Shown: positions 23,884 through 30,780, counted from the first letter of the stretch. The stretch is DNA of 64,000 nt from Bacteroidales bacterium (GCA_017616775.1 JAFZXM010000052.1:77282-141281); one strand, 5' to 3'. The notes: generated by a model from the letters alone, not told the origin. Numbers and translations are program-made.

Positions 23884-24147
23884 TTGCAAAAATAATAAAA
23901 TTATCCTACATTTCTATCGTTTTTGCAAATTATTTTTTTAGATGCAGAATGAATATGTGTATAAAAAGTTATCGGTGCATTTGGCTTGTTCTGATTATTC
24001 AGATGTTTATGAGATTTTTGCTTATTTTGTTTGTCTTGGTTCATAAGATGTTTTATTTTGCATAAGATACTAAAACCCATTGAAATATCAATGGATTAAG
24101 GCAATATTTTTTTAACAAAAAAGATGTGAAAGAATAAAAAATGCAGG
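23884..24147 (-). repeat. island intergenic repeat, copy A (upstream of the SMC operon)
   Basis: About 95% identical by eye to copy B over about 225 bp. Contains inverted repeat TTGCAAAAA/TTTTTGCAA (23884-23928), -7 box TATTTTTG (23887-23894, minus), a degenerate second box (TATCTTATG), hairpin CCATTGA-aata-TCAATGG (24077-24094), and ends at ATGCAGG (24141-24147). Confidence 0.85.
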
Positions 24148-24185
24148 AAGAGGATATAAAGTTTGTATTTACTTAATTCCAAGTG

Positions 24186-25265
24186 CTATTCTTGGTTTAG
24201 TTTTGTCTCAATCTCTTCAATGGTAGGAATAGTGCCTTCCACTTTTGCGGGATAGAATTTTTCCAACTCATACTCAGATATGCCAATAGGCTGGCTGCTT
24301 GACTCCAAAGCATATTGAGCCTGTGTGTTGTCTTTGCTTCGGCAAATGAGCAGTCCTATGGTGGGGTTGTCCTTGCCTTCTTCACGCAGTTGATGGTTGA
24401 CAGCGACCACATATGAACCAATCTGTCCTATGTCAGCAGGAGTAAACTTGCCGATTTTTACTTCAATGACGACATAACAGCGGAGACGCAAATTATAGAA
24501 TAGCAGGTCGATGAAGTTTTCGGTATGCCCAATCTGTAGTCGGTACTCTCTGCCTACGTATGCAAATCCGGTACCCAATTCAACCAAGAAGTCGGTGATG
24601 TTTTTGAGCAGTGCCATTTTCAACTCTGCCTCGTTATGCTGTTTGGCAACACCGGCAAATGCAAAGTTGTAGGGGTCTTTGGTCAGTTCTTGCGCCAAGT
24701 CGCTTGAGGTGTTGGGTATGGTGGTGGCAAAGTTGGTAATAGACTTCCCGGAACGTTCATACATTCCTATATCAATCCAGTTAAGCAAAAGTGCGCGGCT
24801 CCAGCCGTTTTCTATGGTTTGACCTACATAGAACAACGCCTTGTTCACATCGCCTTTCACCTTGTCGAGGATAAGTTTATGATGGCCCCAAGGTACCATG
24901 AATATAGGCGACTGGTTTTGCTTCGGCAGGTCGGGCAATAATTTGCCCCCAGCTTGGGGGCAAAATTCAACCGCCTCGGAATAAAGGAGGTAGAACCGAC
25001 GGCAATATCTTAAATTGGTTGACGAGAGGCCTTCTGCAGTGGGCATCGCTTTTTTCAAATCTTTACTGAGTTGGTTAATGACACTTTCTCCCCAGCGGTC
25101 TTCCACATGCATTTCTACGATGTCACGCCCAAGTAGGAAGTTATAGATCAATTGCTCGGTGTTGACTTTAACTGCGGCTCTGACTTGGCACAGCCGATAA
25201 CGGTCAATCAAGGTTTCCACCCACTGCTGGTATTCTTTATCCATGATGGTTATTGCCTTACTCAT
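24186..25265 (-). CDS. DUF1016/YhcG-family PD-(D/E)XK nuclease
   Basis: 359 aa. N-terminal YQQWVETLIDRYRLCQVRAAVKVN region and C-terminal FIDLLFYNLRLRCYVVIEVKIGKF (D...E-x-K core), typical of YhcG-like proteins. Confidence 0.75.
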   Translation of the reverse strand: MSKAITIMDKEYQQWVETLIDRYRLCQVRAAVKVNTEQLIYNFLLGRDIVEMHVEDRWGESVINQLSKDLKKAMPTAEGLSSTNLRYCRRFYLLYSEAVEFCPQAGGKLLPDLPKQNQSPIFMVPWGHHKLILDKVKGDVNKALFYVGQTIENGWSRALLLNWIDIGMYERSGKSITNFATTIPNTSSDLAQELTKDPYNFAFAGVAKQHNEAELKMALLKNITDFLVELGTGFAYVGREYRLQIGHTENFIDLLFYNLRLRCYVVIEVKIGKFTPADIGQIGSYVVAVNHQLREEGKDNPTIGLLICRSKDNTQAQYALESSSQPIGISEYELEKFYPAKVEGTIPTIEEIETKLNQE

Positions 25266-25416
25266 AATCTCTGTTTCTTTGTGTTAATTACTCAATCCCA
25301 TGCCAATGCCCAAAATGCTTTCTTACGCATCCATTGCGATTCTTTCTCTCTTCGTATAAGGGCTTTCGTCACACTTTGGATTGAAATCCGATTTTCCATA
25401 ACGTTCAAATTTGTGG

Positions 25417-25424
25417 CAAAAATA
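25417..25424 (-). promoter_or_regulatory. -7 box (TATTTTTG, minus) inside repeat B, proximal
   Basis: The forward-strand sequence CAAAAATA is the reverse complement of TATTTTTG. It lies about 150 nt upstream of ATG 25265 and forms the left arm of the inverted repeat. Confidence 0.4.
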
Positions 25425-25591
25425 GTAAAATTATCCTGCATTTCTATCATTTTTTGCCAATTATTTTTTTAGATGCAGAATGAATATATGTATAAAAAGT
25501 TATCGGTGCGTTTGGCTTGTTCTGATTATTCAGATGTTTATGAGATTTTTGCTTATTTTGTTTGTCTTGGTTCATAAGATGTTTTATTTTG

Positions 25592-25599
25592 CAAAGATA
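25592..25599 (-). promoter_or_regulatory. -7 box (TATCTTTG, minus) inside repeat B, distal
   Basis: The forward-strand sequence CAAAGATA is the reverse complement of TATCTTTG. It lies immediately downstream (minus sense) of the 7-bp-stem hairpin. The equivalent box is intact in copies C and D and mutated in A. Confidence 0.5.
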
Positions 25600-25663
25600 C
25601 TAAAACCCATTGAAATATCAATGGATTAAGGTAATATTTTTTTTCAACAAAGCGGGTGGGGAG

Positions 25664-25726
25664 AAAAAATGCAGGGAGGGGGCGGTGGGTGGTCGCTCCG
25701 ATATGTTCGATAAAGGGTGGTATTAA
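25664..25726 (-). repeat. C-rich 3' cassette module, copy after Fic-1
   Basis: Minus strand reads TACCACCCTTTATCGAACATATCGGAGCGACCACCCACCGCCCCCTCCCTGCATTTTTT directly after the stop codon. Related copies lie at 27113-27170 and 27360-27405. Confidence 0.7.
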
Positions 25727-27013
25727 TTATTCCTCTTGCTTTTTAATATATCCACGAGTTACCTTGTTGATGGCAATCTCTGTCAAATAACCTTGTTGCA
25801 CCAAATCGGAGAGGTCTTTCCTTGCCGTCATGGAAGAAACAGAGAACTGCTCCTGTACATCTTTTACGGTTAAAATAGTGTCTGGTTCTTCTGTCAATCT
25901 TTGCAATACCAATGCCTGCCGCTGGTTGATGTTTCCTGTCATCATAAAGACGGCGGCAGCTTTTTTCTCCCGTTGCTTCCGCTGGATATAGTCGCGGAGT
26001 TGCTGGAAAGAAATTTCCAACGCTCTCAAATTGTATGCCACAAAATATCCCATGTCGTTGCCGTCATTTTCTGTATAGCGGAACGATTTCTCATAACTGA
26101 TTTTTGATTTCGCAATTACCCTTGATATGGACATGTATTCCATGAGTTTGTAGTTCTCTTTCAGCATATACCAATAGAAAAGAGCACGGGCCGTCCGACC
26201 ATTGCCATCCGCAAAGGGGTGCATATAAGCCACCATAAAATGAATGATGATGCCTTTGATAATGGGATGAATAAAGGTACGTGGGTTATCATTATTGAAA
26301 AAGTCACATAAAGTTGTTACAAATTCCGGAATCTCCTCAAAGGCAGGCGGAGTATGAACAATATCCCCTTCAATCATATTGGCTACAACCACGTTGTTGT
26401 TTGTCCTGAAACAACCGGCGTCTTCAGGATTGTCCAATGTCTTTTCTGTCATCAGTCTGTGAATATACAGCAACCCTTCCTCCGTCAAGGGGACATTCTT
26501 ATGTTCTACAATATATTGGATAGTCGTATAGTTGTTTACAATCATCTGCTGTGCCTTGTTTTGAGGTGTTTTTTTTTTCCTCAGCATTTCTTTAGCAACA
26601 ATGCGGGTGGTGGAAGCACCCTCCATTTTGCTGGAATAGATAGCCTCTTCCATCAAGGAACTTGACAGATAATATTTTTTTTCGGAACTTTGTGAATTGT
26701 TACCGGCTTCCCAGAAACTTCCGAACTTCATATCAAAGTCATGGCAAAGACGTTGCATTTTGTTGGTGACAAATAGTTTAATTCCATATTTGTTCCAAAC
26801 ATTCAGTCTGTCTTGCTGACGAGAGGCTTTAACGTATGTCCACAATATCTTAGGACTGACGCCTTTGGGAAGATGATTCTTGTATTTAACCTTATCCCAA
26901 TATTCATAATCATCGTTTATTTGATTAATAATCGGATAAATGCGTTCATCTACACTACCCATGATGTACTTCAAATAAGCGTCATCATTTATTTTTGGCG
27001 GATATTCTATCAT
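25727..27013 (-). CDS. Fic-family protein, class II (N-terminal inhibitory helix) with C-terminal winged-helix domain
   Basis: 428 aa. Fic core HPFADGNGRTARAL, upstream inhibitory-type motif SSKMEG ((S/T)xxxE(G/N)), C-terminal ..QALVLQRLTEEPDTILTVKDVQEQFSVSSMTARKDLSDLVQQGYL (wHTH-like). Confidence 0.85.
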   Translation of the reverse strand: MIEYPPKINDDAYLKYIMGSVDERIYPIINQINDDYEYWDKVKYKNHLPKGVSPKILWTYVKASRQQDRLNVWNKYGIKLFVTNKMQRLCHDFDMKFGSFWEAGNNSQSSEKKYYLSSSLMEEAIYSSKMEGASTTRIVAKEMLRKKKTPQNKAQQMIVNNYTTIQYIVEHKNVPLTEEGLLYIHRLMTEKTLDNPEDAGCFRTNNNVVVANMIEGDIVHTPPAFEEIPEFVTTLCDFFNNDNPRTFIHPIIKGIIIHFMVAYMHPFADGNGRTARALFYWYMLKENYKLMEYMSISRVIAKSKISYEKSFRYTENDGNDMGYFVAYNLRALEISFQQLRDYIQRKQREKKAAAVFMMTGNINQRQALVLQRLTEEPDTILTVKDVQEQFSVSSMTARKDLSDLVQQGYLTEIAINKVTRGYIKKQEE

Positions 27014-27039
27014 TGTTTTATCTTTTATTTTTCAAACGG

Positions 27040-27047
27040 CAAAGGTA
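27040..27047 (-). promoter_or_regulatory. -7 box (TACCTTTG, minus) for Fic-1
   Basis: The forward-strand sequence CAAAGGTA is the reverse complement of TACCTTTG. It lies 27 nt upstream of ATG 27013. Confidence 0.55.
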
Positions 27048-27060
27048 CAATAAAAAAATT

Positions 27061-27107
27061 AAATTCTTGCAAATTCTTGCAAATTTTTGCAAAAGTTGCA
27101 AGAATTT
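27061..27107. promoter_or_regulatory. operator-like array: four TTGCAA hexamers at about 10-bp phasing, including a perfect 12-bp inverted repeat
   Basis: TTGCAA at 27067, 27077, 27087 and 27096. AAATTCTTGCAA (27071-27082) and TTGCAAGAATTT (27096-27107) are exact reverse complements. The array sits over the -35-equivalent region of the Fic-1 promoter. Confidence 0.5.
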
Positions 27108-27112
27108 TTCTC

Positions 27113-27170
27113 AAAAAAAGCAGGGTGAGGGCGGAGGTGCCGCTTTGAAATGTTCGCTTAAAGGGTGGTA
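27113..27170 (-). repeat. C-rich 3' cassette module, orphan copy (no gene upstream of it)
   Basis: AAAAAAAGCAGGGTGAGGGCGGAGGTGCCGCTTTGAAATGTTCGCTTAAAGGGTGGTA aligns with 25664-25722. Confidence 0.6.
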
Positions 27171-27190
27171 ATGTCCATGCTGAGAAAGAA

Positions 27191-27372
27191 AAGTTATCGG
27201 TTCGTTTGCTTCTCGTTAATTAGTTAGCATTTTCTGGACTTTTTGTTTATTTTGATTAGTTTGGTTCAAAAGATGGTTTTATTTTGCAAAAATACTAAAA
27301 ACCATTAAAATATCAATGGATTAAGGCAATATTTTTTTACAAAAAAGATGTGAAAGAATAAAAAATGCAGGA
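27191..27372 (-). repeat. island intergenic repeat, copy C (diverged left part, conserved right part)
   Basis: Begins AAGTTATCGG as in A and B. -7 box at 27287-27294, hairpin with 1 mismatch at 27302-27319, ends at ATGCAGG 27365-27371. Lacks the inverted-repeat segment of A and B. Confidence 0.75.
27287..27294 (-). promoter_or_regulatory. -7 box (TATTTTTG, minus) inside repeat C
   Basis: The forward-strand sequence CAAAAATA is the reverse complement of TATTTTTG. It occupies the same position as the distal box of copy B. Confidence 0.4.
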
Positions 27373-27405
27373 GGGGGGGGAGGAATTCTCAGATATGTTC
27401 GCCTG
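27360..27405 (-). repeat. C-rich 3' cassette module, copy after Fic-2
   Basis: AAAAAATGCAGGAGGGGGGGGAGGAATTCTCAGATATGTTCGCC. It shares ATGCAGG, the G-run and GATATGTTCG with 25664-25710. Confidence 0.55.
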
Positions 27406-27427
27406 AATGTTTATCGTCTTTCACCGA

Positions 27428-28303
27428 TCAATCCTCTTGTTCATAATAGTATGAATAGTCGATGCCTTTCATAAAGATTGCACGGTCGTCAGTGCGGTCG
27501 GTAAGGGCACCGAGAAGCAGTTCCCGTATTTTAGTACTGTCCGTATGACTTGCTATCATGGCATCAAGGTATTCTTTCTTGTCAATTTTGCTCCAATCCA
27601 CACATTTCTTCAGCCGTTTTTTGAAAATGAGGTCAAGCCAGATACGCGTAGAGCGTCCGTTGCCTTCCATAAAGGGATGCGCCGCGTTCATCTCCACATA
27701 TTTGTCCACAATCTCATCAAACGTGGTTTCCGGCATCTTTTCAATTGTCCTGAGGTTTTGGGGCAGATATTCGGCCATGCAAAACAGGGTGTTGCCCTTG
27801 GCTATGGTCTTTGTGCGAATTTTTCCCGCGAAATCATACAAACCGCCAAAGAGATATGCGTGAATTTGTTGCAAGGCTTTCACCTTGCCCACATCCTTGT
27901 CAGCTACAAGTTTGCTTTCCCAAAGGGTATAAGCCTTCTTGCGGCTTTGTCCGTCAATGGTGTTCTCGCTGTATTTAAACCAGTCAAGAAAAGCCATAGC
28001 CTGGCTGTTGGGAATGGCTTTTGCCAATTGTTCCACACCTGCCAGACTGATGACATCGGTGTTGTACTTCTTTCCGTCTGCAGCCGTGAGTTTCAGTTGG
28101 GTAGTGGCACTAACCAACTCGTTTTGTTCTTTCTTCAGTTTGGCCTTGAGATACTTCCAGTAGTTACGGTTCTTCACATGGTTGTCCTGCTCATTGACGG
28201 CTCCTATAACATCAAGTACGGAAAACCACCATTGGTTGAGGTCCTCATCCCATACGGCACGCACTACATGATTTTTATAAAAACGAATGGATATCTTGCT
28301 CAT
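27428..28303 (-). CDS. Bro-N-like DNA-binding domain fused to a Fic domain (class III-like C-terminal helix)
   Basis: N-terminus IRFYKNHVVRAVWDEDLNQWWFSVLDVIGAV (Bro-N pattern). Fic core HPFMEGNGRSTRIW. C-terminus GIDYSYYYEQED is near the (S/T)xxxE(G/N) motif. Start could also be ATG 28324 or TTG 28354 (the track start). Confidence 0.8.
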   Translation of the reverse strand: MSKISIRFYKNHVVRAVWDEDLNQWWFSVLDVIGAVNEQDNHVKNRNYWKYLKAKLKKEQNELVSATTQLKLTAADGKKYNTDVISLAGVEQLAKAIPNSQAMAFLDWFKYSENTIDGQSRKKAYTLWESKLVADKDVGKVKALQQIHAYLFGGLYDFAGKIRTKTIAKGNTLFCMAEYLPQNLRTIEKMPETTFDEIVDKYVEMNAAHPFMEGNGRSTRIWLDLIFKKRLKKCVDWSKIDKKEYLDAMIASHTDSTKIRELLLGALTDRTDDRAIFMKGIDYSYYYEQED

Positions 28304-28410
28304 AATTTGTACCCGACTTTTCATTTTTTTACAATCCGTTCCCCAATTTCTCAAACTATTCTTTCAGCTTCTGCCAGCTATACTCCAAACGGACACCACT
28401 GAATTATAAA

Positions 28411-28465
28411 TGCAAAAATACTAAAAACCATTGAAATATCAATGGATTAAGGCAATATTTTTTTA
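28411..28465 (-). repeat. island intergenic repeat, copy D (promoter-proximal part only)
   Basis: TGCAAAAATACTAAAAACCATTGAAATATCAATGGATTAAGGCAATATTTTTTT matches the right part of A-C. Hairpin at 28428-28445. Confidence 0.8.
28413..28420 (-). promoter_or_regulatory. -7 box (TATTTTTG, minus) for Fic-2
   Basis: The forward-strand sequence CAAAAATA is the reverse complement of TATTTTTG. It lies inside repeat D, about 90-110 nt upstream of the candidate ATG starts. Confidence 0.5.
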
Positions 28466-28497
28466 ATAAAAAAGGCGTAACCTCATGGTTACGCCTT
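28466..28497 (-). terminator. rho-independent terminator of dnaK
   Basis: AAGGCGTAACC-tcat-GGTTACGCCTT followed on the minus strand by a T run. It directly abuts repeat D. Confidence 0.8.
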
Positions 28498-28619
28498 ATT
28501 ACTTATGGATAAATTGTTATTTATCCGGTTTATTTCGGTATTTGCTTTGCCAATTCCGCAATAAATCCTCACCTCGGCAGTGCTCAAACCTTTCGGTTTG
28601 GAATGCGCTCGGTTCGTCG

Positions 28620-30524
28620 TTATTTCACCTCTTCAAAGTCCACGTCGGTGACTTCTTGGTCTTTGCCGTTGTTGGTGTTGGAGGATTGTTGTTGCTGTTG
28701 GCCGGCATTGTTGCCTTGTTGGGCTTGTGCGTTGTACATTTCTTGGGATGCACTCTGCCAAATATTGTTCAATTCAGCCATAGCGGCATCGATAGCGGCC
28801 ATATTTTTGTTTTTGTGAGCTTCACGCAACTTTTCATTGGCGGCTTCTATTTGGCTCTTTTTGTCAGCGGGCAATTTGTCTCCGAACTCTTTCAACTGCT
28901 TGTCGGTTTGGAATATCATCGCATCGGCTTGGTTGAGCTTGTCTATTTCTTCTTTTACCTTTTTATCGTTTTCTGCGTTGGCGGCAGCTTCGGCTTTCAT
29001 CTTCTTGATTTCTTCTTCGCTCAAACCGGAAGATGCGGTAATGGTGATATGTTGTTCCTTGCCTGTTGCCTTGTCTTTAGCCGTTACGTTTAATATACCG
29101 TTGGAGTCGATATCAAACGATACTTCTATTTGAGGCACGCCACGCGGAGCAGGCATAATGCCGTCCAAGTCGAACCGTCCTACTTGTTTGTTGTCTTTTG
29201 CCATGGGACGTTCCCCTTGCAATACATTGATGGTTACCGAAGGCTGGTTGTCGGCAGCGGTGGAGAACACTTCCGTCTTCTTGGTAGGAATGGTGGTATT
29301 GGCGTCTATCAGTTTGGTCATCACGCCGCCGAGGGTTTCTATACCCAAAGAAAGCGGAGTTACATCCAACAAAAGCACGTCTTTTACTTCACCTGTCAGC
29401 ACACCGCCTTGTATAGCGGCACCCACTGCAACCACTTCATCAGGGTTAACGCCTTTGGAAGGTGTTTTGCCGAAGAAATCTTCCACCACTTTTTGTATGG
29501 CGGGGATACGGGTAGAGCCACCGACCAATATCACGGTGTTGATATCGGAAGCTTTCAAGCCGGCGTCGGCCAAGGCTTTACGGCAGGGTTCTATGGTGGC
29601 ATTGATCAAATGGTCGGCCAATTGTTCGAATTTGGTTCTTGTCAAAGTGGTTACCAAGTGTTTGGGCATACCGTCAACAGGCATGATGTAAGGCAGGTTG
29701 ATTTCGGTGGAAGCCGAAGAAGAAAGTTCTATTTTTGCTTTTTCTGCAGCTTCTTTCAAACGTTGGTGAGCCATGGCATCTTTACGAAGGTCTATGCCGT
29801 TTTCTTTCTGGAATTCTTCTGCCAGCCAGTCTATAATCACGTGGTCAAAGTCATCACCGCCGAGGTGGGTGTCACCGTTGGTGGATTTCACTTCAAACAC
29901 ACCGTCTCCCAATTCCAAAATGGAGATATCAAAAGTACCTCCGCCAAGGTCGAAAACAGCCACTTTGCTGTCGGAGGCCTTTTTGTCCAATCCGTATGCC
30001 AATGCGGCGGCAGTAGGTTCGTTGATAATACGTTTAACAGTCAAACCTGCAATTTCTCCGGCTTCTTTGGTAGCCTGACGTTGAGAGTCACTAAAATAGG
30101 CCGGTACGGTGATAACAGCTTCCGTCACTTCTTGTCCCAGATAGTCTTCTGCTGTCTTCTTCATTTTTTGCAACACTATTGCCGATATTTCTTGAGGAGT
30201 GTATAGTCTGTCACCTATTTTCACTCTCGGGGTGTTGTTGTCGCCTTTTACCACATCGTAGCTGACACGACCGACTTCTTTGGCTACTTGGTCAAAATTT
30301 TCACCCATAAAACGTTTGATGGAATAAATGGTTTTGGTAGGGTTGGTTACAGCCTGACGTTTGGCAGGATCGCCTATCTTTCTGTCACCATTATCCAAAA
30401 ACGCCACTATGGACGGAGTAGTTCTGTTTCCTTCACTGTTGGGTATTACTACCGGTTCGTTGCCTTCCATTACGGCAACGCATGAGTTGGTGGTTCCAAG
30501 GTCTATACCTATAATTTTTCCCAT
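28620..30524 (-). CDS. dnaK: molecular chaperone DnaK (Hsp70)
   Basis: 634 aa. [21 protein letters not shown] and [11 protein letters not shown] signatures. Q/N-rich C-terminal tail. Confidence 0.97.
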   Translation of the reverse strand: MGKIIGIDLGTTNSCVAVMEGNEPVVIPNSEGNRTTPSIVAFLDNGDRKIGDPAKRQAVTNPTKTIYSIKRFMGENFDQVAKEVGRVSYDVVKGDNNTPRVKIGDRLYTPQEISAIVLQKMKKTAEDYLGQEVTEAVITVPAYFSDSQRQATKEAGEIAGLTVKRIINEPTAAALAYGLDKKASDSKVAVFDLGGGTFDISILELGDGVFEVKSTNGDTHLGGDDFDHVIIDWLAEEFQKENGIDLRKDAMAHQRLKEAAEKAKIELSSSASTEINLPYIMPVDGMPKHLVTTLTRTKFEQLADHLINATIEPCRKALADAGLKASDINTVILVGGSTRIPAIQKVVEDFFGKTPSKGVNPDEVVAVGAAIQGGVLTGEVKDVLLLDVTPLSLGIETLGGVMTKLIDANTTIPTKKTEVFSTAADNQPSVTINVLQGERPMAKDNKQVGRFDLDGIMPAPRGVPQIEVSFDIDSNGILNVTAKDKATGKEQHITITASSGLSEEEIKKMKAEAAANAENDKKVKEEIDKLNQADAMIFQTDKQLKEFGDKLPADKKSQIEAANEKLREAHKNKNMAAIDAAMAELNNIWQSASQEMYNAQAQQGNNAGQQQQQSSNTNNGKDQEVTDVDFEEVK

Positions 30525-30780
30525 ATTTGTTTCCTTTCTATTTTTGCTTGTTTAATTTTGTGATTTCAATTTTTTTTGTCATTTCTTTTATTTCAATCAT
30601 TGTGCCAATTAGCATCTCCGGACAAGGCTTTTACAGCTTGTTTTAATTGCAAACACTTGAAAATAAGTGCAGTATGAAATATTTTTAATGTCGGACAAAA
30701 AAACGCGAAGCGAAAAAATGTCATTGTAGCGACCGGAATATACTGACAGAATGTCAGTGAAATGTCCGGAAGGGAGCGTT

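Larger units (their letters stand above)
25414..25676 (-). repeat. island intergenic repeat, copy B (upstream of the YhcG-like gene)
   Basis: Same architecture as copy A: inverted repeat TGGCAAAAA/TTTTTGCCA (25414-25459), two intact -7 boxes, hairpin at 25607-25624, ATGCAGG at 25669-25675. Confidence 0.85.

Noticed and set aside
23942-24046. 34-codon + strand ORF (MQNEYVYKKLSVHLACSDYSDVYEIFAYFVCLGS) inside repeat A, also in B
   Set aside because: It is on the strand opposite to all island genes and has no + strand promoter box. It is interrupted in copy C, and both A/B differences are non-synonymous.
25447-25575. 42-codon minus-strand ORF (MNQDKQNKQKSHKHLNNQNKPNAPITFYT...) starting about 17 nt after the repeat's -7 box; 47 codons in copy A (23901-24044)
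   Set aside because: It is tempting as a leader peptide because it follows the promoter and is retained in A and B. However, it is A-rich low complexity, its C-terminus differs between A and B, and copy C loses the ATG and stops after 17 codons. A and B are too similar overall for the substitution pattern to be informative.
25670-25692. G-quadruplex potential of GGGAGGGGGCGGTGGGTGG on the + strand
   Set aside because: Only three clean G3 tracts lie within a short span, and the copies differ (a G8 run in C2). The transcribed strand is the C-rich one. The case is not strong enough to claim.
27545-28402. 285-aa + strand ORF
   Set aside because: It is antisense to the Bro-N/Fic gene, which has clear Fic and Bro-N motifs. 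It is a shadow ORF.
23884-28465. CRISPR array or MITE interpretation of the island repeats
   Set aside because: The units are 55-265 bp and separated by whole genes, not by 25-50 bp spacers. I found no convincing terminal inverted repeats or target-site duplications beyond the short ATGCAG core. No cas or transposase genes are present.
29130-30206. 358-aa + strand ORF
   Set aside because: It lies entirely antisense to dnaK, which is unambiguous. Its composition is odd (rich in F, H, G, V) and no family is recognisable. It is a shadow ORF.
30525-30780. CIRCE/HrcA operator upstream of dnaK
   Set aside because: There is no TTAGCACTC-N9-GAGTGCTAA-like inverted repeat. Only a short CTGACA-gaa-TGTCAG palindrome lies next to the glycosyltransferase stop.
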